Positions 25,634-33,042 of a stretch of 34,007 nt of DNA are shown one piece after another; position 1 is the first letter of the stretch; each line of letters opens with the position of its first letter. This DNA comes from a virus (Duplodnaviria; Caudoviricetes). The DNA is taken from positions 1-34,007 of IMG/VR virus record IMGVR_UViG_3300043438_001767; one strand, given 5' to 3'. The position numbers and the translations under genes were made by a program. The notes below the pieces were generated by a model. That model was not told the DNA's origin, did no database searches, and was given only the letters and a program-made list of their open reading frames with translations.

Positions 25634-26137
25634 ATGGAGGAAATTAATAGTAGTAGTCTTTCTCAGTTAAAATTTTATAACGAACATAAGAATTTGGCTT
25701 ATGGAACTGTAAAAAAATACGTTAAAGATAGTTTTGATATTGACGATATAGTTCAAAAAGGGTTTATGAAAATATTCTCCCACCCAGAATATTTAAATAA
25801 TACAAAAAATTTAAAGGGGTATCTTCATGTTATTTTTAAAAACACATCAATAGATTTTCTAAGAAAGGTAAAATATAATGTTGAGTATGATGATGTTTTG
25901 ACTGCGGAAGTAATTGACGATGTAGGATATAAAGAAGAAATGTTGTTAGATATAGAAATTGAGATGAGTAAACTTAGTCCTATGTATAGTTTGGTATTTA
26001 AATGTTATCACATAGAAAATATGTCACATAAGGATATTGCTAAAAAATTAGGTATTTGTGAAGGGACATCTAAATCTAATTTACATAAAGCAACTAAGAA
26101 CATACAAAAAAAATTAAAAAATAGAATATATGAATAA
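25634..26137 (+). CDS. ECF-type RNA polymerase sigma factor
   Basis: Region 2 DDIVQKGFMKIF...N..IDFLRK; region 4 HTH MSHKDIAKKLGICEGTSKSNLHKA. Confidence 0.9.
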   Translation: MEEINSSSLSQLKFYNEHKNLAYGTVKKYVKDSFDIDDIVQKGFMKIFSHPEYLNNTKNLKGYLHVIFKNTSIDFLRKVKYNVEYDDVLTAEVIDDVGYKEEMLLDIEIEMSKLSPMYSLVFKCYHIENMSHKDIAKKLGICEGTSKSNLHKATKNIQKKLKNRIYE

Positions 26138-26432
26138 AACACTTTTATTAGTTATTGGATTAACTTTAGGTGCGTGTGCATCAACAAAAAAAACTGATTG
26201 TGATGCCTATGGGTATAATAGTAGAACCTATGCAGACACAACAATTATTTGGGAAGATAGTAGAGTTTCATATATAGGGGTATCATCTCCAAGTGGATTA
26301 ACTATACCTAAAATACCTGTACATGACTCTAAACAATTACATTTAAATGATTTAGAAAATGGTACATATACCATCACATTCAAATCAGAAAATGATATAC
26401 TTTTTACAAAAACATTTACGGTAAACAATTAA
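26130..26432 (+). CDS. Putative lipoprotein
   Basis: Signal peptide with lipobox LGAC; beta-rich C-terminus. Confidence 0.65.
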   Translation: MNKTLLLVIGLTLGACASTKKTDCDAYGYNSRTYADTTIIWEDSRVSYIGVSSPSGLTIPKIPVHDSKQLHLNDLENGTYTITFKSENDILFTKTFTVNN

Positions 26433-26433
26433 T

Positions 26434-26679
26434 ATGATAGATAAAATTATAGAATGGTATCCTGAAGAAGATATTCTTAAGGCAGATGGGTTTGATGAGG
26501 CAATCATAGGTGTAGAAGATAGTTTAGGTAATCCTAGATTAATTTATTCTGTATCTAAATGTATTCAAATATTATGTAAAGATATGAACGAAGAAGAGGC
26601 AGTAGAATTCTTTGACTTCAACGTTAGAGGTAGTTATGTTGGAGATAAAACTCCAATATGGTGTGTAGATGATCTTTAA
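26434..26679 (+). CDS. Conserved phage hypothetical protein
   Basis: ADGFDEAIIG...EEAVEFFDFNV.GSYVG..TP pattern. Confidence 0.75.
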   Translation: MIDKIIEWYPEEDILKADGFDEAIIGVEDSLGNPRLIYSVSKCIQILCKDMNEEEAVEFFDFNVRGSYVGDKTPIWCVDDL

Positions 26680-26717
26680 ATAATGTGAATCTATAATATA
26701 GTCATCACATTATTTAA
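26676..26717. repeat. Perfect 13-bp inverted repeat
   Basis: TTAAATAATGTGA (26676-26688) and TCACATTATTTAA (26705-26717). Confidence 0.7.
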
Positions 26718-26725
26718 GTTTATGA

Positions 26726-26733
26726 TATTTATA
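26726..26733 (+). promoter_or_regulatory. Putative late promoter motif TATTTATA
   Basis: Within the 23-bp element shared with 4419-4441. Confidence 0.6.
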
Positions 26734-26763
26734 ATATAATAATAAACAACTAAAAAAACTATT

Positions 26764-26934
26764 ATGAGTAAAGAACAAATTTTGGGACTTATTAGACACA
26801 TCTTAACTTCTGTTGGTGGTGCAGTAATTATGTTAGGTTATTTTGATGAGACATTGGTTACTGAAGTAACAGGTGGATTGATGACTGCGATTGGTTTCGT
26901 ATGGTCAGTTATAGACAAATACAAAGTGTCTTAA
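26764..26934 (+). CDS. 56-aa two-helix membrane protein, putative holin
   Basis: Translated by hand, absent from the ORF track: MSKEQILGLIRHILTSVGGAVIMLGYFDETLVTEVTGGLMTAIGFVWSVIDKYKVS; has its own promoter motif and terminator. Confidence 0.75.
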   Translation: MSKEQILGLIRHILTSVGGAVIMLGYFDETLVTEVTGGLMTAIGFVWSVIDKYKVS

Positions 26935-26956
26935 GAATAAAAAAATATTATTTTTT

Positions 26957-26988
26957 AAATCCATATAGTTTCTATGTGGATTTTTTTT
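26957..26988 (+). terminator. Rho-independent terminator
   Basis: AAATCCATATAG-TTT-CTATGTGGATTT followed by a T run. Confidence 0.8.
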
Positions 26989-26997
26989 ATTTAAAAA

Positions 26998-27029
26998 TTT
27001 GTCTTTTTAAAAATAAAACACTATCTTTG
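26998..27029 (+). promoter_or_regulatory. Bacteroidota primary-sigma promoter
   Basis: TTTG 26998-27001, 20-nt spacer, TATCTTTG 27022-27029. Confidence 0.8.
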
Positions 27030-27046
27030 TACTCTAAATAGTTTAT

Positions 27047-27241
27047 ATGAGATATTTTAAAATTTTAATGATGTGGATTGGGTTTATCGTAATCACATCA
27101 TTATACGGTGAGTACATCGTAAGTAGAGAAGTAAATGGGTTTATCCAACTCTTAGGTTTTGGATTGTTGGTTATTACCCTTATATTTTTAGGAGACAAAA
27201 CAGTTAATGTATTATTAAAAAACAAAAAAGAAGAAAAATGA
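27047..27241 (+). CDS. Small two-TM membrane protein
   Basis: Two hydrophobic helices; ATGA coupling to the SPFH gene. Confidence 0.7.
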   Translation: MRYFKILMMWIGFIVITSLYGEYIVSREVNGFIQLLGFGLLVITLIFLGDKTVNVLLKNKKEEK

Positions 27242-28167
27242 TTGGAATTAGTATTTTTATTTTAGGGTTAGTATTTGCAGGATTTACTGCATATAAAACA
27301 AAGAGTCAAATGATTGGTGGGCAATGGAATGAGTTCCAACTTAAATGGTTATTTAAACCAATAGGTATTTTATTACTGTCTATTATCATTTCAATAGTAC
27401 AACCTTTTACTATTGAGAGGATTGATACTGGGTACAAAGGTTTAAAGATAAACCTAACTGGTGGACAAAGAGGTGTATCTGACTATCAGTATAAAACTGG
27501 ATGGGTAATGTATAACTCTTGGACTGAACAAGTTAAAGAATTCCCACTATACCAACAACACATCGAATATGACGAACAAACTGTTATCACAAAAGGTGGG
27601 TTTGCAGCAACAATTAAACCATCCTTTAACTATTCTTTGAGAGAAGATGCTATTGGTGATATGTTTGTTAATCTGAGATTGGATACCAAAGCGGTTGAAC
27701 AAGGTTGGTTGAAAAATGCAATTGTATCTTCAGTTAATGATGTTGCAAACAGATGGGAAGTAGATGCAATTTTTAATCAGAGAGAACAGTTTGAGGCGGC
27801 TATTGTGGTGGAGTGTAATAAGAGAGTGTCTCAATGGTTTGAGGTGTCTCAATTAAGAACTAACATTATCCCACCTACATCTTTACAACAGGCTATTGAA
27901 GGTAAAACTAAGGCAGTACAAGAGGCTCAAGCGGCAGAACAAAGAACATTGGTTGCTAGGGCAGAAGCACAAGAAAAGATGGCAATTGCGAGAGGTGACT
28001 CCGCAAAAACTATCATCAACGCAAACGCCGCAGCATTGGCAATGAAGATTAAACAAAAAGAATTAACACCTCTTTATGTTGAATTTATTAAAGCCTCTGC
28101 TTGGAATGGTGCACTACCTACCACTATGGCTGGTGGATCAGGTACTTTCTTAAACATTAAGAATTAA
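27238..28167 (+). CDS. SPFH / band-7 / prohibitin family membrane protein
   Basis: N-terminal TM segments, ERIDTGYKGL, AIE.K..A.Q.AQ.AE coiled coil, WNGALPT. Confidence 0.88.
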   Translation: MIGISIFILGLVFAGFTAYKTKSQMIGGQWNEFQLKWLFKPIGILLLSIIISIVQPFTIERIDTGYKGLKINLTGGQRGVSDYQYKTGWVMYNSWTEQVKEFPLYQQHIEYDEQTVITKGGFAATIKPSFNYSLREDAIGDMFVNLRLDTKAVEQGWLKNAIVSSVNDVANRWEVDAIFNQREQFEAAIVVECNKRVSQWFEVSQLRTNIIPPTSLQQAIEGKTKAVQEAQAAEQRTLVARAEAQEKMAIARGDSAKTIINANAAALAMKIKQKELTPLYVEFIKASAWNGALPTTMAGGSGTFLNIKN

Positions 28168-28196
28168 AAGATAAAATACCTCATATAAACTTAATT

Positions 28197-28223
28197 AAAT
28201 CCATACGAAAGTGTGGATTTTTT
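28197..28223 (+). terminator. Rho-independent terminator
   Basis: AAATCCATAC-GAAA-GTGTGGATTT plus T run, with a GNRA loop. Confidence 0.85.
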
Positions 28224-28235
28224 ATTTTTATGTAG

Positions 28236-28243
28236 TATTTATA
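28236..28243 (+). promoter_or_regulatory. Putative late promoter motif TATTTATA
   Basis: After a terminator, heading three leader-bearing genes. Confidence 0.55.
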
Positions 28244-28261
28244 AGTATTGACTTATTATAT

Positions 28262-28744
28262 ATGGAAAATTTAAATGAAGAACTAGAAAGAATCAAAAAA
28301 TTAATGTTATTTGAGTCTTCTGAAGTTAAAGATGATACTGAAACAGATACTAAGGAAACTGAAGACAATAGTAACTATGTGGATCCTGGCGATAAAAATT
28401 TTATGGTTTATGGTGACACTACCATAAAAGTTTTTGGTGGTTGGTTAAAAGATAATAATAATAGAGTAGGGTGTGTTAAAGTTGAAAAACCTCTTTATTT
28501 GGGTGGGGGATCTTTTGCACAGGGTATAAAAAAATTAGTCCAAAGAATAAAAGGTAATGTGGTTGCAGAACCATCTAATGCGATTAGTTTATATGATGAA
28601 ATTAAATTGTCTAAGGAAGAGAAAGATAATTTAGTAAAAAAATGGGAATCTAATAAGGTTTATAGTAAAGAACAGTCAGGGGCAGTAATAAAAATAGGTA
28701 GAACAGACGAATTAGTAAAATTCTGTAAAAAAGAATGGAAATGA
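28262..28744 (+). CDS. Leader-bearing hypothetical protein
   Basis: Start reassigned to ATG 28262: MENLNEELERIKKLMLFE. Confidence 0.75.
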   Translation: MENLNEELERIKKLMLFESSEVKDDTETDTKETEDNSNYVDPGDKNFMVYGDTTIKVFGGWLKDNNNRVGCVKVEKPLYLGGGSFAQGIKKLVQRIKGNVVAEPSNAISLYDEIKLSKEEKDNLVKKWESNKVYSKEQSGAVIKIGRTDELVKFCKKEWK

Positions 28745-28762
28745 TGATAATTTGTAGAGATT

Positions 28763-29299
28763 ATGAAAGATACAATTAAGAAAATATTAAAGGAAACTGT
28801 AGATAATAAGAAGGATAAGTTTGAAAGGTATATAATAAAAACTCTAAAGAGAGAAGGATTCAAACCATCATCTACATATCATAGTGTTATAAAATTTATT
28901 ACTGATACATTCGGTATTAGCGGTATGGAGGCTTTTGAGTTATACCAACTGTTCTTAGATAATTACGGTGTAACTGACGAACTTATTGATTTGGTTCGTA
29001 AAGATGTAACCAATAAAAAAGTAAGAACTTCCAATACTGAGGGTAGGCAATTAGTTAGTAATAGGATACCATTTAAAGGAAGTAACACTCATGCGGAATA
29101 CCTTAAATCGGGAAATGTTTATGTGGTTTATTCATACAATTGGTATCCAATATTTGTCTATAAAAACGGACAATGGTTTGAAAATGAAAATAGATATTCT
29201 ATGGCGACTGCAAAACAAATGAGTCAATTAAGACCACATAATCAAGGGGAAATTATAAAGGCATCTAAGTCTAAATTAGAAAAAATAATTTATAGTTAA
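28763..29299 (+). CDS. Leader-bearing protein with the shared helical module and a basic C-terminal domain
   Basis: MKDTIKKILKE leader; FERYIIKTL...FGISGMEAFELYQLFLDNY; YVVYSY..YPI...W.EN..RYS.AT.KQ. Confidence 0.75.
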   Translation: MKDTIKKILKETVDNKKDKFERYIIKTLKREGFKPSSTYHSVIKFITDTFGISGMEAFELYQLFLDNYGVTDELIDLVRKDVTNKKVRTSNTEGRQLVSNRIPFKGSNTHAEYLKSGNVYVVYSYNWYPIFVYKNGQWFENENRYSMATAKQMSQLRPHNQGEIIKASKSKLEKIIYS

Positions 29300-29302
29300 T
29301 AT

Positions 29303-30121
29303 ATGGGTAACTTAAATGAAGAAATAAGTCGTATTAAATCCATTATGGGGGTGATTGGTGAATCTGAAAAGTTCGCAATGAGTGATACGTTCAAAAAACT
29401 AAAGAAGACTATTGAAGTATTAAAAGAAAAAGATAAAGTTTTAATATTATCATGTTCTAATAGATATCAGTTCGATCCTAAAAATATTGATATACCTAAA
29501 TCTAAGTTGTTGGCGATGTATATACAAGAACAGTTGGGTGATAAGTCAACATTCATTGATGTGACAGAACTAAAGATATTACCTTGTGAAGGTAATGTTT
29601 CCAGATCGGAAGGTAACTCTTGTGGGTTACTTAAGGCATTGTTAAAGGATGATACTAAAAATCCATCAGGACATCACAGATGTTGGGTTAATATTAATGA
29701 ACCTTCAGATGAACTTTGGAAAATTAGTAAGGAGTTATTTGAATCCGATGTGGTTTTATTCTTTTCATCAGTTAGGTGGGGACAAACAAATATGTATTAT
29801 CAGAACTTAATCGAAAGATTAACTTGGATACAAAACAGACACACAACTTTAGGTGAGTCTAATATAATTAAAGACATTGAATCTGGTTATATCTGTGTTG
29901 GACAAAACTGGAATGGTTCTAACGTAGTTGAAACACAAAAAGGTGTTCATGATTACTATGGTTTTAAATTAAATGAAGATTTATATTGGAATTGGCAATA
30001 CACAGAAAATCCCAATGATGAAACACAAAAATCTTATAAGGCATCTCATAACAAATTTTTGAAGGACACTAAAATACCTGAAGAATTTGTTGAAGAGAAT
30101 GAAAAATCAAAGAAAAAATAA
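29303..30121 (+). CDS. Leader-bearing flavodoxin-fold protein (NADPH-dependent FMN reductase / iron-sulfur flavoprotein-like)
   Basis: MGNLNEEISRIKSIM leader; VLILSCSNR, ILPCEG...C...C, ESDVVLFFSSVRWG...LIERL. Confidence 0.75.
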   Translation: MGNLNEEISRIKSIMGVIGESEKFAMSDTFKKLKKTIEVLKEKDKVLILSCSNRYQFDPKNIDIPKSKLLAMYIQEQLGDKSTFIDVTELKILPCEGNVSRSEGNSCGLLKALLKDDTKNPSGHHRCWVNINEPSDELWKISKELFESDVVLFFSSVRWGQTNMYYQNLIERLTWIQNRHTTLGESNIIKDIESGYICVGQNWNGSNVVETQKGVHDYYGFKLNEDLYWNWQYTENPNDETQKSYKASHNKFLKDTKIPEEFVEENEKSKKK

Positions 30122-30125
30122 ATAC

Positions 30126-30153
30126 AAAAAACCCACCAAAAGTGGGTTTTTTT
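30126..30153 (+). terminator. Rho-independent terminator
   Basis: AAAAAACCCAC-CAAAA-GTGGGTTTTTTT; same stem as 2279-2303. Confidence 0.85.
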
Positions 30154-30155
30154 AT

Positions 30156-30184
30156 TTGACATTGTTAGATATAATCTTTATAAT
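30156..30184 (+). promoter_or_regulatory. Promoter TTGACA-N17-TATAAT (followed by TG)
   Basis: Exact sigma70 consensus at 30156-30161 and 30179-30184; also fits the TTG-N20-TA geometry. Confidence 0.8.
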
Positions 30185-30190
30185 TGTTAT

Positions 30191-30418
30191 ATGGAAAACA
30201 ATGACTTATACGAAGAATTAGAAAATTTTGAGAGTGTTAGGTATAGAATGGATAACGAAGGTATCGATTATTGCTTTAAACATTATTCTAGTTTTGAAGA
30301 GATTAAGGATGAAAAGTTTCACGAACTTAGGAACAAATTCATAACATCCTTAGACGAAATTGAAAAGTATGTAGGTGAAAAAATTACTGAATTAAATGAT
30401 AAGATAAATGGAGATTGA
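30191..30418 (+). CDS. Small hypothetical protein
   Basis: First ORF after the promoter; EG.DYCF.HYS.F.EI.DEKFHELR. Confidence 0.7.
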   Translation: MENNDLYEELENFESVRYRMDNEGIDYCFKHYSSFEEIKDEKFHELRNKFITSLDEIEKYVGEKITELNDKINGD

Positions 30419-30668
30419 AAAATTTGAACAGGCTAAAAAAATCAAGGAAAATCTTGATAAATTGGAAAGACAAAAGTATAAATTAGAATCAGCACTTAAA
30501 AGTTGTGGGTTGGAAGCAACTATTGAATTTACCCGTCCAGGTGGGTTTATTAGAAAAGAGGAAGTTAGTTTTAAAGGTAAAGATAATATCAAAGAAATGG
30601 TAACTAAAGAACTTGAGAGAGTGATAGAAGAAATAGAATTGGTAAAGGAAGAATTCGAAAATATTTAA
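30408..30668 (+). CDS. Small coiled-coil hypothetical protein
   Basis: Operon packing; heptad-like K/E pattern. Confidence 0.65.
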   Translation: MEIEKFEQAKKIKENLDKLERQKYKLESALKSCGLEATIEFTRPGGFIRKEEVSFKGKDNIKEMVTKELERVIEEIELVKEEFENI

Positions 30669-30673
30669 GTATT

Positions 30674-31234
30674 ATGAAATATAGAAAAAAACCTGTAGTA
30701 ATTGATGCAGTACAATGGACTGGTGGGAATCATAGAGAAATGTTTGATTTCCTAACATCCGAAACATTTATAAATGAAACAATGACAGTAGATGGTAATC
30801 ACTTTTACATTGATCACGGTAGAGTTGAAGGTGGGTTAATCATTAAGACATTAGAAGGTGAACACATTGCAACCATCGGAGATTACATCATTAAAGGTGT
30901 TAAAGGTGAGTACTACCCTTGTAAGGAAGATGTGTTCCTACAAACATACGAAAAGGTAGATGAGATACAAAGACCAAAGTACCCTTTTGGTGATATATTA
31001 ACAATACCTTGTGGTACTAAACCTATTGAGGATCATTTGGGTAGGTTACCTGATGAAGTACCATATGGGACTATCTGTTCTTGTAACCCATCAAACGGAG
31101 GTAGTGGTATATGTGGATGTGTTATGGGTAATAAAATGGTACCTAACCCTAAAAAACAAGGTACAGGTAATATCAATTATACCACTAACACAACAGGTAC
31201 ATATTCTTGGGATGATATTTCCCAAACTGATTAA
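30674..31234 (+). CDS. Conserved phage protein with Cys-rich C-terminal extension
   Basis: KYRKKPVVIDAVQW...IKTLEG...GDYIIKGVKGEYYPCK, then CSCNPSNGGSGICGC. Confidence 0.75.
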   Translation: MKYRKKPVVIDAVQWTGGNHREMFDFLTSETFINETMTVDGNHFYIDHGRVEGGLIIKTLEGEHIATIGDYIIKGVKGEYYPCKEDVFLQTYEKVDEIQRPKYPFGDILTIPCGTKPIEDHLGRLPDEVPYGTICSCNPSNGGSGICGCVMGNKMVPNPKKQGTGNINYTTNTTGTYSWDDISQTD

Positions 31235-31258
31235 AACAAACACATAAAAAATAAAGAT

Positions 31259-31696
31259 ATGAAAACAAAAGTTTATTCTGCATTCCCAGGCGTTGGGAAG
31301 ACAACCTATTTCAATAATACAGAAAAAAATGTATTAGATAGTGATAGTTCAAAATTTGATAAGAAACATTTTCCTGATAATTATATTCAGCACATTGAGA
31401 GAAACATTCAGGATCCAAATGTTGATAAGATTTTAGTTTCATCACACAAAGACGTAAGGGATGCCTTACTTAAAAAAGAAATACCCTTCGTATTAGTTTA
31501 CCCAGATAGAAGCCTAAAAGATGAATACATCCAAAGATATAAGGATAGAGGTAATAATGACGCATTTGTTGGTTTATTAGATAAAAATTGGGATCAATGG
31601 ATGGATGAAATGGATGAGATTTCACCGCAAGAAGGACAAACTTTGTATAAAGTTAAATTAGGTTCTGGGCAATTTTTAGTAGATGTTATAGATTAA
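31259..31696 (+). CDS. P-loop NTPase / nucleotide-kinase-like protein
   Basis: SAFPGVGKTT Walker A, DSDSS, FP.NYI, LVYP...K.EY..RY..RGN. Confidence 0.75.
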   Translation: MKTKVYSAFPGVGKTTYFNNTEKNVLDSDSSKFDKKHFPDNYIQHIERNIQDPNVDKILVSSHKDVRDALLKKEIPFVLVYPDRSLKDEYIQRYKDRGNNDAFVGLLDKNWDQWMDEMDEISPQEGQTLYKVKLGSGQFLVDVID

Positions 31697-31701
31697 ATAA
31701 T

Positions 31702-31884
31702 ATGGAAAGTTTAGAAATTATAGACGATAAATTAAAAGAATCTTATATGTTCGTTGATACCCATTTGATGAAGGAGATGATTAAATACACCAAAAGTATT
31801 AATGAAAAAAATAGTAAAAAAAATAGGGTTACTATTAAAGATAAACATAACATAAATGATTCATATATAAATCCTGAATATTAG
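31702..31884 (+). CDS. Small hypothetical protein
   Basis: Last ORF before a terminator. Confidence 0.5.
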   Translation: MESLEIIDDKLKESYMFVDTHLMKEMIKYTKSINEKNSKKNRVTIKDKHNINDSYINPEY

Positions 31885-31907
31885 TTTATAGGTAGACAAA
31901 TTTAACA

Positions 31908-31937
31908 AGATCCGTATGGTAAACCATACGGATTTTT
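31908..31937 (+). terminator. Rho-independent terminator
   Basis: ATCCGTATGG-TAAA-CCATACGGAT followed by TTTT. Confidence 0.85.
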
Positions 31938-31950
31938 ATGTTTAATGGTA

Positions 31951-31958
31951 TATTTATA
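31951..31958 (+). promoter_or_regulatory. Putative late promoter motif TATTTATA
   Basis: After a terminator, heading four leader-bearing genes. Confidence 0.55.
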
Positions 31959-31970
31959 TATAAAATAAAT

Positions 31971-32642
31971 ATGAAGACTAAAATAGAACAACAAATCGAC
32001 AAAATTAAATACCTTTTTGAATATGAAATGGGTACAACTAAAAGTGAACAAAAAACTTTACTTAGAGAATACGATATTGATGATGACAACATGAAATCAT
32101 TTATGGATGAACTAAAGTCTGATGGTGGTGAGGAAATTATGAATGAAATTGGTGTGACTGTTCAGGATGAACAAAGTATGGTAGACTCAATAGACAATGC
32201 TGAGATATGTCAATTTTCTGATATAGGTGTGTATGTAGATAAAAAATTCGGACAAGTTGTTAGAGAAAAATTTAAAGATGGTGCGGAAGAAGCACTTAAG
32301 ACTATCAAAGAATATTTGGATAAGTTTATAGATTTCCTTAATACGTTAAGTAGTGGTGATATTAAAAAACTATATAAAAATATTAAATCTAAAAAATCTG
32401 AGGCAGATACAGAAACTGAAGGTGAAGAAGTACTTAAAGAATTTTTTGGCACTAGTATGGCTTTAGTGACATTGTTTGGTTCTTTTACAATGCCTGCGTT
32501 AGTGTTAACTATTGCTAGTGTTGCGTTAGTAACATTGGTAGGTATATGGTTACTAAAAACTATACTATGTGCATTTAATATAAACATCACTTCAAAAAAG
32601 AGATGTAGAGTTAGAAGTTTCTCGTGGGGACAATGTAGTTAA
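31971..32642 (+). CDS. Leader-bearing protein with C-terminal hydrophobic segment
   Basis: Start reassigned to ATG 31971: MKTKIEQQIDKIKYLFEY...TLLRE; after VLKE a long TM-like stretch and a basic Cys-containing tail. Confidence 0.75.
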   Translation: MKTKIEQQIDKIKYLFEYEMGTTKSEQKTLLREYDIDDDNMKSFMDELKSDGGEEIMNEIGVTVQDEQSMVDSIDNAEICQFSDIGVYVDKKFGQVVREKFKDGAEEALKTIKEYLDKFIDFLNTLSSGDIKKLYKNIKSKKSEADTETEGEEVLKEFFGTSMALVTLFGSFTMPALVLTIASVALVTLVGIWLLKTILCAFNINITSKKRCRVRSFSWGQCS

Positions 32643-32643
32643 T

Positions 32644-33042
32644 ATGAATAGATTACTCATAAAAAATATAGTTAAAAAAATACTTAAAGAAGATGTGGAA
32701 AATAATCTTTATAAAAAGATTGCTACCATAATAAACCCACCATATGTCACAGATATGGATAAAATGGGTTTAACTAATAGTGAGATTTTAAAAGTACTTG
32801 AAGTTATATTTGGTAGGGAGTTAAAAATCTACGGAATTGACAATGGTGGTGATGTGTTTGTTCACCCTAAAATAGGTGGACAATGGATTTATTATGAGGT
32901 GTTTGATGGCAGTGGTTGGGAAGTTATAGAAAGAAATGAACAAGATAGTGTAATAAGAAAATATGGTTTTGATGGTGACGATTATTATGATGAAACTGTA
33001 AAGCCAATAAATTTAAGTGGTATTAACAATTTAGAAAGGTAA
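32644..33042 (+). CDS. Leader-bearing PPY-domain protein
   Basis: MNRLLIKNIVKKILKE leader; INPPY domain similar to the two repeats in 16292-18688. Confidence 0.75.
   Translation: MNRLLIKNIVKKILKEDVENNLYKKIATIINPPYVTDMDKMGLTNSEILKVLEVIFGRELKIYGIDNGGDVFVHPKIGGQWIYYEVFDGSGWEVIERNEQDSVIRKYGFDGDDYYDETVKPINLSGINNLER

Noticed and set aside
645-31970. Longest-ORF starts in the track at 645, 2352, 2617, 18735, 19631, 21024, 28211 and 31938
   Set aside because: They run through upstream genes, terminators or promoters; downstream ATGs (735, 2376, 2665, 18786, 19691, 21066, 28262, 31971) fit the regulatory motifs and leaders
707-32590. Many 60-126 aa ORFs antisense or out of frame to longer genes (e.g. 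1912-2235, 10482-10724, 14639-14899, 19113-19448, 32210-32590)
   Set aside because: Shadow ORFs fully overlapping well-supported genes, with Ser/Phe/Ile-rich composition typical of antisense translation
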